Positions 18,068-27,165 of a DNA stretch of 32,000 bases are shown here, in pieces. Below the pieces are notes generated by a model that did not search any database, was not told where the DNA came from, and worked only from the letters and a program-made list of their open reading frames with translations. The stretch's first letter is position 1. Each line of letters opens with the position of its first letter. A program made the translations under genes and the position numbers. The stretch comes from Longivirga aurantiaca (GTDB taxonomy: Bacteria; Actinomycetota; Actinomycetes; S36-B12; CAIYMF01): the NCBI RefSeq assembly GCF_042660085.1, contig NZ_JBHSTI010000008.1, forward strand, positions 1-32,000, in the 5' to 3' direction.

Positions 18068-19821
18068 CGGGCGGTCCTCGCGGCCGCGAGCATCGGTTCG
18101 GGGGTCGCATCGGCGAACTGCGTCCGCACGTCCTTGCGCAGGATCTTGCCGATGGGCGACGTGGGCAGGCTGTCGGCGAACACGAACTCGGTCGGCACCT
18201 TGTAGCCCGTGATCAGCGTCGCGGCGTGGGCGCGGAGCTCGTCGGCCGTGACCGCAGGATCGCGTCGTACGACGACCGCGCGCACGCGCTCGCCGCGCTC
18301 GCCGGCCTCCACACCCACCACCGCGACGTGCTCGACCCCGGCGTGCGAGGCGAGTGCGTCCTCGACCTCGTTCGGGAAGACGTTGAACCCGCTGACGATG
18401 ATGACGTCCTTGCTGCGGTCGACGATGCGCACGAAGCCGTCGTCGTCCATCACGCCGATGTCGCCGGTGCGCAACCAGCCGTCCGAGAGCACCAGCTCGG
18501 TCTCCTCCGGCCGCCTCCAGTAGCCGGCCATGATCTGCGGCCCGCGCGCCCAGAGCTCGCCCGGCTCACCGAGCGCGGCGGGTGCGCCGTCGTCGCGGGT
18601 GGGCCGCACGACCGTGCTCGGCAGCGGCACACCGACCGTGCCCGGCCGCGCCCCGCCGTCCAGCGGGTTGAACGTGAGGCCGGGGGACGACTCGGTGAGG
18701 CCGTAGCCCTCCACCACCGGCGAGCCGGTGACCTCCTGCCAGCGCTGCGCCGTGGCGGAGTGCAGCGCCATGCCGCCGGAGATGCTGGCGCACAGAGCGG
18801 GGGGCGGGTTGTCGAGGAACCACTCCTCGTTCGTGAGCCCGTGGAAGAGCGTGTTGACGCCGGTGACCCAGGTGATCGGGTAGTTCTCGAACGCGCGCTT
18901 GAGGTTCGACAGCGGGCGCGGGTTGGGGATGAGGATGTTGTGCGCGCCGCGCAGGTGGAAGCCCAGCAGGTTCACCGTGAAGGCGAAGACGTGGTAGCAG
19001 GGGAGAGCGGTGAGCACAGTCTCGCGGCCGGCCACGATCTCCTCGCCGGCGAAGCCGAGCATCTGGTGGCCGTTGGCCATGAGGTTGCCGTGGGTGAGCA
19101 TGGCGCCCTTGCTCACGCCCGTGGTGCCGCCCGTGTACTGCAGGCAGGCGAGCGAGCCGGGGTTGAGCTCGCGGCGGTAGGCCGCCGCGTCGGCGCCGGT
19201 GGCGGCGCCCAGCGAGAGCGCCGAGGGCAGCCGCGTGTGGGCGAACCGCACCGGCGGCAGCGTGCGGTTCCAGACCTTCTGGACCGTGCGGATGATGCCG
19301 TGCACGTAGCCGGGGAAGAAGTCGCTGACGGCCGTGAGCACGACCGGCGTGCCGGCGAGGTCGGGGACGACCTCCGCGAGCGTGGCGGCCATGACGTCGG
19401 CGCCGACCACGAGCGACACGTCGGCGTCGAGCAGCTGCCGGCGCAGCTCGGCACCGGTGTAGAGCGGGTTCGTGTTGACGACGACGCAGCCGGCCTTGAG
19501 CGTGCCGAAGGCCACGACCGGGTAGGCGAGGCAGTTCGGCAGCTGCACGGCCACGCGGTCGCCCTGCTGCAGACCGACGACCTCGCGCAGGTAGAGCGCG
19601 AACTGGTCGGAGAGGCGGTCGACGTCGGCGAACGTGAGGTGCCCGTTCATGCCGTTGGGCATCACCATCGTGAACGCGCGGGCGTCGCCGTACTCAGCGG
19701 CGGCCGCGGCGAGCTCGTCGCCCAGCGACCCGGAGGCCACGGTCTCGATGTCGGCCGGCACGCCGGCGGGGTAGTGGTGAAGCCACGGACGTGCCGCGGC
19801 CTCCTCGGCGAACGGCGTCAT
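18064..19821 (-). CDS. Long-chain fatty-acid-CoA ligase (FadD-like)
   Basis: Likely start ATG 19821 (MTPFAEEAAARPWLHHYPAGVPADI); QYTGGTTGVSKGAMLTHGN, GYGLTESSP, GYWRRPEETE, DRSKDVIIVSGFNVFPNEVED, LPTSPIGKILRKDVR. 4-nt overlap with the BASS gene. Confidence 0.93.
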   Translation of the reverse strand: MTPFAEEAAARPWLHHYPAGVPADIETVASGSLGDELAAAAAEYGDARAFTMVMPNGMNGHLTFADVDRLSDQFALYLREVVGLQQGDRVAVQLPNCLAYPVVAFGTLKAGCVVVNTNPLYTGAELRRQLLDADVSLVVGADVMAATLAEVVPDLAGTPVVLTAVSDFFPGYVHGIIRTVQKVWNRTLPPVRFAHTRLPSALSLGAATGADAAAYRRELNPGSLACLQYTGGTTGVSKGAMLTHGNLMANGHQMLGFAGEEIVAGRETVLTALPCYHVFAFTVNLLGFHLRGAHNILIPNPRPLSNLKRAFENYPITWVTGVNTLFHGLTNEEWFLDNPPPALCASISGGMALHSATAQRWQEVTGSPVVEGYGLTESSPGLTFNPLDGGARPGTVGVPLPSTVVRPTRDDGAPAALGEPGELWARGPQIMAGYWRRPEETELVLSDGWLRTGDIGVMDDDGFVRIVDRSKDVIIVSGFNVFPNEVEDALASHAGVEHVAVVGVEAGERGERVRAVVVRRDPAVTADELRAHAATLITGYKVPTEFVFADSLPTSPIGKILRKDVRTQFADATPEPMLAAARTAR

Positions 19822-20069
19822 CGGCGTCCCCTCCGGCTCGTCGGCGCCGAGGCGCCAGGTGCGAGGCAAAATTCACGAATAGATGTACGGTAATCCACAT
19901 CACAGTGAACGGCAAACGGACGGCTCGGGTCGACCGGTCGTGGACGCCGGCGCGTCGGCCTCCTCCGCGGGGCTCGCCGACGAGGGCGGCCCGGCGCCCG
20001 TGGAGCGTCTCGGTGCTGGTGCGCGGTCTCCCGGACCTGCCGTCCTGGCGCGTCGGTCGAGATGACTGC

Positions 20070-20687
20070 TCAGCGGCCCAGCGACTCGCGGTCAGCATCG
20101 CGCGCGGGATCCGCGGCCGGCAGGGCGTCGTACGCCCAGTCCGAGCGCTTCCAGTCCGGCACGGGGGTCGGACAGTCGTTGCGCGGCACGAACGACGACC
20201 TGCGCACGAGCTGGTACCGGTGGATGTAGCGCGGGCAGTTGGGGTAGACGGCCCGTGCTCGGACGCGCACCACGAACTGGGCCTCGTGGTACGCGCCGAT
20301 CAGCGGGTCGTCGAGGTCGATCGACGCCTCGCCCTCCAACCGCATCCTGCTCCCGCGCTCGAGGTCGAGGAAGAGCAGGCCGACGTGCGGATTCACGAGC
20401 ACATTGCCCGTCGACAGGTACATGCCGTTGCCGTCGTAGCTCGGGAAGGCGACGGTGCGCTCGTCGACCACCCGCACGAAACCGGGCTCCCCGCCCTTGT
20501 AGGAGCAGGTGGGCCGGCCCTCGGCATCCGCGGACGCGAGGAAGAACATGTCGCGGGTCTCGATGAAGGCGCGGTGTCCGTCGTCGATCGTGTCGGTGAC
20601 GAGCAGGCTGTCGATCCGGTCGGCGAGGGCGCGCGTGTCGAATCGGTCCTGCAGCGACCTGCTGCCGGCGTGGAATCCCGCGGCCAC
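20070..20687 (-). CDS. Pyridoxamine 5'-phosphate oxidase (PNPOx)-like FMN-binding family protein
   Basis: Likely start GTG 20687 with GGGAG upstream; AFIETRDMFFLASADAEGRPTCSYKGGEPGFVRVVDERTVAFPSYDGNGMYLSTGNVLVNPHVGLLFLD. Confidence 0.85.
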   Translation of the reverse strand: MAAGFHAGSRSLQDRFDTRALADRIDSLLVTDTIDDGHRAFIETRDMFFLASADAEGRPTCSYKGGEPGFVRVVDERTVAFPSYDGNGMYLSTGNVLVNPHVGLLFLDLERGSRMRLEGEASIDLDDPLIGAYHEAQFVVRVRARAVYPNCPRYIHRYQLVRRSSFVPRNDCPTPVPDWKRSDWAYDALPAADPARDADRESLGR

Positions 20688-20968
20688 GGCTCCCTCCCTC
20701 CGACGCCGGTCGAGACGCCGCCCGTCGGGACGAACGCGCCGACGGTGGTGGCGCCAGCATGCACCTGAACCCCGCGTTTGCACAGGGTCGAGGTGGTGGA
20801 CCGCCGCCGTATCGGCTGGCGCGCAGCGGCATCCGGACGAGTGATCACGATCGGGTCAGACGGGTGACCACGTCGGGTGGTAGACACCCCGCACGGGCGC
20901 GCGGACACTGAGGCCACCGCCGGGTGGTCCTCGCCCGAGAGGGGCGTCGCTCGGCGCGGGAGGTGCAC

Positions 20969-21343
20969 ATGGCCGGAATCGCCAGGGCACGATTCGAGAA
21001 CGCCACCGACGTCCGCCCGTTCGGCGGCGGCACGGGGCAGATGAGCATGCTGGACATCGACGGCAGAGCGGTCGGCCGCGCGGTCTTCGAGCCAGGCTGG
21101 CAGTGGTCCAAGCACGTGCAGCCGATCGCCGGCACGACGAGCTGCCAGGCCGACCACGCCGGCTACATCCTGTCCGGCCGGCTCGCCGTCCGGATGGACG
21201 ACGGCACCGAGGAGACGTTCGAGCCCGGCGACGTCATGATCTGCCCGCCCGGGCACGACGCCTGGACCGTAGGCCAGGAGGCGTGCGTCGTCCTGGACTG
21301 GGCCGGGTATGCCGACTACGCCAAGCCGGTCGTCAGCGCCTGA
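20969..21343 (+). CDS. Cupin domain protein
   Basis: ATG 20969; HVQPIAGTTSCQADHAGYILSGRLAVRMDDGTEETFEPGDVMICPPGHDAW is a cupin core. Confidence 0.87.
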   Translation: MAGIARARFENATDVRPFGGGTGQMSMLDIDGRAVGRAVFEPGWQWSKHVQPIAGTTSCQADHAGYILSGRLAVRMDDGTEETFEPGDVMICPPGHDAWTVGQEACVVLDWAGYADYAKPVVSA

Positions 21344-21378
21344 CCGCGTACCGCCCCCGGCGTCCCTGACCCGACCAC

Positions 21379-21433
21379 GTCACTGCCGTGTGGCCCCTTC
21401 CCGACGGTCGGAAGGGGCCACACGGGCAGTGAC
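21379..21433. terminator. Long intergenic hairpin between convergent genes
   Basis: gtcactgccgtgtggccccttcc / ggaaggggccacacgggcagtgac: 23-bp stem with one bulged G, between stops at 21343 and 21439. Confidence 0.8.
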
Positions 21434-21438
21434 ATCGG

Positions 21439-22866
21439 TCAGGCGCGGAGTGCGGCGGCGAGCTCGCGGAACTCCTCGACCAGGATGCCCATGTCGTCGG
21501 CGGTGTGCGCCAGCGAGACGAGCCACTGCTCGTCGAGCCCGGGCGGGGTGAGCACACCGCGGTTGACGCCCCACAGCCACGAGAGCTCGGCGACGCCGAA
21601 GTCGGTGCGCTTGTAGTCGCGGTAGTTGCGGACGGGCGTCGGCGCCCAGGTGACCGCGCCCTTCACGCCGAAGCCGACGGTGTGAGCGGGCAGCTGGTTC
21701 GCGGCGATGATCGCGTTCATCTGCTCGAGCGCGCCGACGTTCAGCGTCTCGGCCGCCGCCAGTGCCTCGTCCGTGGCGATCTCGTCGACGGCCACTGCGG
21801 CGGCCATCACGAGCGGGTTGCCGTTGTAGGTGCCGAAGTGCGGCATGCGCTGGTCGGTGATGCAGGCCATGACCTCGGCCGTGCCGCCGAACGCAGCGAG
21901 CGGCAGGCCGCCGCCGATGCTCTTGGCCAGCGCGACGAGGTCGGGCTTGACGCCGAGGCGCTGCGACGCGCCCTGCGGGCCGGCGGTGAGGCCGGTCTTC
22001 ACCTCGTCGAACACCAGCAGCGCGCCGTTCGCGTCGCACATCGCGCGGACGGCAGCGAGGTAGCCGGCGTCGGGGACGACGATGCCGATGTTCTCGAGCA
22101 CCGGCTCCATGAAGACGCACGCCACCTCGGAGCCGTGCTCGGCGAAGAGCTGCCCGAGGCGGTCGAGGTCGTTGTACGGGACGACGTGGACGGTGCCGGC
22201 CTCGACCTCGAACGGCGTGACGGGGGTCGGCGCCTCCTCCGGTCCGGCCTCGGCGACCGACGGCTTCACCGACACCTGCAGGGCGTCGTAGCCGCCGTGG
22301 TAGCCGCCCTCGATCTTGATGATCGCCTTGCGGTTGGTGAAGGCGCGCGCCGTGCGCAGCGCGTACATCGTGGCCTCGGTGCCGGAGTTGGCGAAGCGCA
22401 GCTGGTCGAGGCCGAAGCGGCGCTGGAAGCGCTCGGCGGCGTCGGTGGCGGACGGCGACGGCGTCACGAACAGCGTGCCGGTCTCGAGCGCCTTGCTCAC
22501 CGCGGCGATGACGGTGGGGTTGAGGTGGCCGGCGAGCATGGCGCCGAAGCCCATCGAGAGGTCGAGCACGCGTCGGCCGTCGACGTCGGTGAGCCACGCG
22601 CCCTGGGCGCTCGTGATCGCGACGGGGTACGGGTCCCAGTGCTGGAACGACGACGGCACGCCGAGCGGCAGCGAGCCGAGCGCGCGGCTGTGGTGGGCGC
22701 CGGACTCCGGGGTCTGCTTCTCGAACCGCTCCCACTCGGCGGCGAGCAGCGACGCCACACGGGCCTCGTCGAGGGGGGCCGACGACTCGGGCACGACGCG
22801 GTAGGTCGCGGGGTCGTGGGCGGGCCAGGTCACCGGCGTCGGGACGGCCGTGGTCGCGTCAGTCAT
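21439..22866 (-). CDS. Class III PLP-dependent aminotransferase (glutamate-1-semialdehyde aminomutase-like)
   Basis: 475 aa; FANSGTEATMYALRTARAFT, GGYHGGYD, LLVFDEVKTG, LVALAKSIGGGLPLAAFGG, FGTYNGNPL. Confidence 0.9.
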   Translation of the reverse strand: MTDATTAVPTPVTWPAHDPATYRVVPESSAPLDEARVASLLAAEWERFEKQTPESGAHHSRALGSLPLGVPSSFQHWDPYPVAITSAQGAWLTDVDGRRVLDLSMGFGAMLAGHLNPTVIAAVSKALETGTLFVTPSPSATDAAERFQRRFGLDQLRFANSGTEATMYALRTARAFTNRKAIIKIEGGYHGGYDALQVSVKPSVAEAGPEEAPTPVTPFEVEAGTVHVVPYNDLDRLGQLFAEHGSEVACVFMEPVLENIGIVVPDAGYLAAVRAMCDANGALLVFDEVKTGLTAGPQGASQRLGVKPDLVALAKSIGGGLPLAAFGGTAEVMACITDQRMPHFGTYNGNPLVMAAAVAVDEIATDEALAAAETLNVGALEQMNAIIAANQLPAHTVGFGVKGAVTWAPTPVRNYRDYKRTDFGVAELSWLWGVNRGVLTPPGLDEQWLVSLAHTADDMGILVEEFRELAAALRA

Positions 22867-23017
22867 TCGTAGTTCCTCCGAGTCACCGGTGCACGACGTT
22901 GTGCCGGGCCATCGTAGTGACAGATCCGTGCTCGGCGACGGCCGCTTCGGCGGGTGCGACTGCCACGATGCTCCGCTCGGTCCACCAGTCCCGGCCGTGG
23001 GCCCGTAAGGTGCGGCT

Positions 23018-23887
23018 GTGAGCGACTGCGCGCCGACGTACGCCGATCTGCGGTACGCCGATACCTCGCCCGTGCAGCTGCTCGACCTCTACCTGCCGCA
23101 TGACCAGACGGGTGCGCCGCTGCCCCTCGTCGTGGTGATCCATGGCGGCGCGTTCCTCATGGGCGACAAGCGGTCGGAGATCACGGCCATCCCGGCCCTG
23201 CTGGAGCGCGGCTACGCGATCGCCTCGATCGGCTACCGGCTCTCCGGTGAGGCGACGTTCCCCGCAGCAGTGCAGGACTGCAAGGCCGGCCTGCGCTGGC
23301 TGTCGACGAACGTGGAGACGTACGGCCTCGACCGGTCGCGGTTCGCGCTGTGGGGGGCTTCGGCCGGCGGTCATCTCGCCGCGATGCTCGGCGTCACGGG
23401 CGACCAGCCGACACCGTTCGACACGACGTCCGACCCTGCCGTGGACGCCTCGGTCGCGGCGGTCATCGACTGGTTCGGACCCACCCGCTTCGTCGCGATG
23501 GACGCGCAGGACCGGGAGCGCCCACCCACCGGCGAGCCCGATCTCCCGCCACCGTGGCCGCGAGAGCACGACGACCCGGTCTCGCCCGAGTCGCGCTACC
23601 TCGGTGCTCCCATCCAGACCGTGCCCGAGCTGGCCACGGCATCCGACCCGACGATGTACGTCCCGACGGCCGCAACGCTTCCGCCGTTCCTGATCGTCCA
23701 TGGCGACGGCGACCACCTCGTGCCGCACCTGCAGTCGGTGCTGCTCGCGGACGAGCTGCGCGCGCACGGCGGCAAGGTCGACCTGCGGATCCTGCCGGGC
23801 TTCGGCCACGGCGGACCGGGCTGGGTCGAGGAGGTCCTGCCGGCCTCGATCGACTGGCTCGACGCGACGCTCGGCCCGGGTGCGTGA
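23018..23887 (+). CDS. Alpha/beta hydrolase (esterase/lipase, hormone-sensitive-lipase-like)
   Basis: 289 aa, GTG start; DLYLPHDQTG...VVVIHGGAFLMGDK, GYRLSGEATFPAAVQDCKAGLRWL, FALWGASAGGHLAAMLG, FLIVHGDGDHLVP. Confidence 0.92.
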   Translation: MSDCAPTYADLRYADTSPVQLLDLYLPHDQTGAPLPLVVVIHGGAFLMGDKRSEITAIPALLERGYAIASIGYRLSGEATFPAAVQDCKAGLRWLSTNVETYGLDRSRFALWGASAGGHLAAMLGVTGDQPTPFDTTSDPAVDASVAAVIDWFGPTRFVAMDAQDRERPPTGEPDLPPPWPREHDDPVSPESRYLGAPIQTVPELATASDPTMYVPTAATLPPFLIVHGDGDHLVPHLQSVLLADELRAHGGKVDLRILPGFGHGGPGWVEEVLPASIDWLDATLGPGA

Positions 23888-23936
23888 CGGGAGAGCGCTG
23901 GCCACCTCCCCCTCATCCGCTTCACGCCCCACGACG

Positions 23937-23974
23937 CGACGGAGCCCCGACCGTTCCCGGTCGGGGCTCCGTCG
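23937..23974. terminator. Intergenic hairpin between convergent genes
   Basis: cgacggagccccgaccg ttcc cggtcggggctccgtcg: 17-bp perfect stem with 4-nt loop, between stops at 23887 and 23987. Confidence 0.82.
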
Positions 23975-23986
23975 TTCGATCACGCC

Positions 23987-25138
23987 TTAGTGGCGGCGGT
24001 CCACGCGGCGGGTGCTGCCGAGGACCATGGCGCCTGCGCCGAGGAGCAGGGCGGCGACGCCGGCGAGGGCGAGCCCGCTGGTGCTGGAGCCCGTTTCGGC
24101 GAGGCCCGGCTGGGTCGAGGTCGGCGTCGCCGGCGTGGTGCTGGCCGGGGGCGTCGTCGCCGGCTCGGTGGCCGGAGGCGTGGTGGCCGGCGGCGTCGTC
24201 ACCGGCGGCGTGGTGCCCGGGTCGGTCGGGGTCGGCTCCACCGTGATGGTGGCGCTGGAGGAGGCCGTCAGCGTCTGCACGCCGGCGAAGGCGAGCTTCT
24301 GGATCTCGGTCGGACGGTCCGGGTTCACGAGCGCCCAGCCGCCGTCGACCGGAGCCGAGCCGGAGGCGGTGACGACGACGTCGCCGGGAGCGGTGCCGGA
24401 CGGAACCTCGACCCAGACCTCGTCACCGTCGGAGGCTGTGGTGACGGCCGAGCCGCCGCTGGCGGCGTCGAAGATGGTGAAGGCCGGGTTGGTGGCGAGG
24501 TCGACCGGGGTCGAGCCCGACCAGTTGATCGTGAACGGGCCGACACGGCCGCTGAGCGCCGTGGTGGTCGCCGGGGTGATCGACAGGGACGGGGCGGGCT
24601 GCGACGAGGCGCCGACGTTGTCCGGGCCGGTGAGGTAGGCGTAGAGCGCCTTCACGCCGTCGGTGTTCTTGTTCGTGTCGAGGGTGCGGCCGTCGGTGTA
24701 GTGCCAGAGGGCGGCCTGTGTGCCGGCGACGGCGGTGGCGGTGTCCATCGGGCTCACGCCGCTGGCGGCGGAGAGCTGGGCCAGCGTGAGGACCGGGAAG
24801 CTGTTCTGGAGGATCCAGAGCACCTGGCTCGGGTTCGGGACCTGCGAGCCGAGCTGCTGGAGCTCGTACGTGTCGCCGGCGTTGATCGGCACACCGAGGT
24901 CGACGCAGTAGGCGCGGAGCGTGCCGCCGCCCGCGACGTCGAGGCGGAACACCGACGTGGCGTGCTGCGTGCCGTTCATCCAGACGGCGTGGCCACCGGT
25001 GTAGACGCCGTTGTAGGTGACGGTCGTGGCTGCGACGGCGGCCGGGGCGAAGATCAGCCCGAGGAGCCCGAGGATCGCCACGATGGCGAGACTCATCCGG
25101 GTACGGCCCCGGGGGCGTGCGGCGGTGGTCAGGCTCAT
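23987..25138 (-). CDS. Secreted, wall-anchored thioester (TQXA) domain surface protein
   Basis: 383 aa: signal peptide (LAIVAILGLLGLIFAPAAVAA), YCVDLGVP Cys block, GTQAALWHYTDG Gln block, Pro/Thr-rich stalk (TPTDPGTTPPVTTPPATTPPATEP...), LAETG sortase-like motif, TM segment and RRVDRRH tail. An alternative start lies 14 codons in. Confidence 0.87.
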   Translation of the reverse strand: MSLTTAARPRGRTRMSLAIVAILGLLGLIFAPAAVAATTVTYNGVYTGGHAVWMNGTQHATSVFRLDVAGGGTLRAYCVDLGVPINAGDTYELQQLGSQVPNPSQVLWILQNSFPVLTLAQLSAASGVSPMDTATAVAGTQAALWHYTDGRTLDTNKNTDGVKALYAYLTGPDNVGASSQPAPSLSITPATTTALSGRVGPFTINWSGSTPVDLATNPAFTIFDAASGGSAVTTASDGDEVWVEVPSGTAPGDVVVTASGSAPVDGGWALVNPDRPTEIQKLAFAGVQTLTASSSATITVEPTPTDPGTTPPVTTPPATTPPATEPATTPPASTTPATPTSTQPGLAETGSSTSGLALAGVAALLLGAGAMVLGSTRRVDRRH

Positions 25139-25350
25139 TGAGGATCTCCCATTTCAGCGGCGTGGTCGGCGCCGGGTGCTTACGTGACCCCCAAGATACT
25201 CACGCTGCGCGACGGGGGGAGAGGGCCGGACGGGTGACGCACGATGGACGGAGGGACGAGGGATCACCCGTTCGGCCGAGCACGCTGACGCCTGGTCACC
25301 GCTGGACGGGCCCGATCGCCCTCCGTGACCGCCTCGCGGGCCCGTTCCGC

Positions 25351-25635
25351 CTAGCCGCGGGGGTCGAAGTGCGTCACCGAGAGCCCGAGCACGTACGGCG
25401 CGAGGGCGCTGCGTCCCTCGGAGGCGCGCCAGGCGCGGTACGCGGTGTCGGCCTCCATCGACTCCCAGCGCTCGAGGACGAGGACGTGCGCCGGGTCGTC
25501 GGTCTGCACGATCACCTCGACGCCGAGGTTGCCGGTGAACCCCCGGGTCGCGACGAGCACGTCGTCGAGCACGGCGAGCGCCTCGGAGGTCGACTCGGGG
25601 CGCAGGGTCAGGTCGAGGATCGCGAGGATGCTCAT
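25351..25635 (-). CDS. Antibiotic biosynthesis monooxygenase (ABM)-like small protein
   Basis: 94 aa; AILDLTLRPESTSEALAVLDDVLVATRGFTGNLGVEVIVQTDDPAHVLVLERWESMEADTAYRAW fits the ABM dimeric alpha/beta barrel pattern. Confidence 0.8.
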   Translation of the reverse strand: MSILAILDLTLRPESTSEALAVLDDVLVATRGFTGNLGVEVIVQTDDPAHVLVLERWESMEADTAYRAWRASEGRSALAPYVLGLSVTHFDPRG

Positions 25636-25687
25636 GGGGGCTCCGAGGCATGCGGCGGGACGGGCAGTGGCCCGACCCTAGGGCCGT

Positions 25688-25743
25688 GACGTACGGCGAG
25701 GGCCGGCCGGATCACGTGATCTAGCCGGCCCTCGCCGTACGTC
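25688..25743 (-). terminator. Long hairpin immediately downstream of pntB with a nested palindrome
   Basis: gacgtacggcgagggccggc / gccggccctcgccgtacgtc: 20-bp perfect stem; the loop contains the 12-nt perfect palindrome gatcacgtgatc (25710-25721). Confidence 0.75.
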
Positions 25744-25744
25744 G

Positions 25745-27163
25745 CTACAGGGCGCGGACGATGTCCTCGACCCGGTCCTTGGCGTCTCCGAAGAGCATCG
25801 CCGAGTTCTCCTTGAAGAACAGCGGGTTCTGCACGCCGGCGTAGCCCGAGGCCATGGAGCGCTTGAAGATGATGACCTGGCCGGCGTTCCAGACGGTGAG
25901 GACGGGCATGCCGGCGATCGGGCTGGTGGGGTCGTCCATCGCGGCCGGGTTGACGGTGTCGTTGGCGCCGATGACCAGGACGACGTCGGTCGAGGCGAAG
26001 TCGTCGTTGATCTCGTCCATCTCCAGGACGATGTCGTAGGGCACCTTGGCCTCGGCCAGGAGCACGTTCATGTGCCCCGGGAGGCGGCCGGCGACGGGGT
26101 GGATGCCGAAGCGCACCTCGATGCCGCGCTCGCGCAGCTTGCGGGTGAGCTCGGCGACGCCGTACTGCGCCTGGGCGACGGCCATGCCGTAGCCGGGCGT
26201 GATGATCACCGAGCGGGCGCTGGTGAGCAGCTCGGCGGCGGCGTCGGCCGTGATCTCGCGGTGATCGCCGTAGTCCTTGTCGTCGCCGCTGGGCGCCTCG
26301 ATGCCGAAGCCGCCGGCGATGACGGAGATGAACGAGCGGTTCATCGCGCGGCACATGATGTAGCTCAGGTAGGCACCGGAGGAGCCGACGAGCGCGCCGG
26401 TGATGATGAGCAGGTCGTTGCCGAGCAGGAAGCCCGATGCGGCTGCTGCCCAGCCGGAGTAGCTGTTGAGCATGGACACGACCACCGGCATGTCGCCGCC
26501 GCCGATCGAGGCGACCAGGTGCCAGCCCAGCGCCAGCGCGACGACGGTGACCGCGATGAGCAGCCACAGCGCGGGGCTGATGACGAACCAGACGGTGAGC
26601 GCGACGAACGCGACGAGCGCGCCGATGTTGAGGATGTTCTTGCCCGGCAGCATCAGCGGCGCCGAGGAGATGCGCGCGGACAGCTTGAGGAACGCGACGA
26701 TCGAGCCGGTGAAGGTCACGGCGCCGATGAACACGCCGATGAACACCTCGGCGGAGTGGATCGACAGCAGGCCCTCGGCGTCGAGGAGCAGCGCCTCCTC
26801 GCCGGTGAGCTTGGCCTCGACGTGCAGGTACGACGCCCAGCCGACCAGCACGGCTGCGAGACCGACGAACGAGTGGAGCAGCGCGATGAGCTCGGGCATG
26901 CCGGTCATCTCGACGATGCGCGCCCGCCACAGGCCGATCGCGGCACCGATGAGGACCGCTCCGACCAGGAGCGCGAGGGGCACGGCGTCGATGCCGCGGT
27001 CGAGCACCAGGGCGAGGGTCGCCACGAGGGCGACGGCCATGCCCAGGATGCCGTAGGTGTTGCCGGCCTTGGCGGTCTCGTGCTTGGACAGCCCGGCCAG
27101 GGCCAGGATGAACAGCAGGCCCGCGACGATGTAGGCCGCCTGCGCGGCGTTCTCGAAGGTCAT
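25745..27163 (-). CDS. pntB: NAD(P)(+) transhydrogenase (Re/Si-specific) subunit beta
   Basis: 472 aa; multi-TM N-terminus, [118 protein letters not shown]. Confidence 0.96.
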   Translation of the reverse strand: MTFENAAQAAYIVAGLLFILALAGLSKHETAKAGNTYGILGMAVALVATLALVLDRGIDAVPLALLVGAVLIGAAIGLWRARIVEMTGMPELIALLHSFVGLAAVLVGWASYLHVEAKLTGEEALLLDAEGLLSIHSAEVFIGVFIGAVTFTGSIVAFLKLSARISSAPLMLPGKNILNIGALVAFVALTVWFVISPALWLLIAVTVVALALGWHLVASIGGGDMPVVVSMLNSYSGWAAAASGFLLGNDLLIITGALVGSSGAYLSYIMCRAMNRSFISVIAGGFGIEAPSGDDKDYGDHREITADAAAELLTSARSVIITPGYGMAVAQAQYGVAELTRKLRERGIEVRFGIHPVAGRLPGHMNVLLAEAKVPYDIVLEMDEINDDFASTDVVLVIGANDTVNPAAMDDPTSPIAGMPVLTVWNAGQVIIFKRSMASGYAGVQNPLFFKENSAMLFGDAKDRVEDIVRAL

Positions 27164-27165
27164 GG

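Noticed and set aside
18226-19893. 555-aa ORF on + strand
   Set aside because: Antisense to the FadD-like ligase.
21380-23983. ORFs 21380..22735 (-), 21505..22872 (+) and 22883..23983 (-)
   Set aside because: Shadows of the aminotransferase and the alpha/beta hydrolase, both supported by catalytic motifs.
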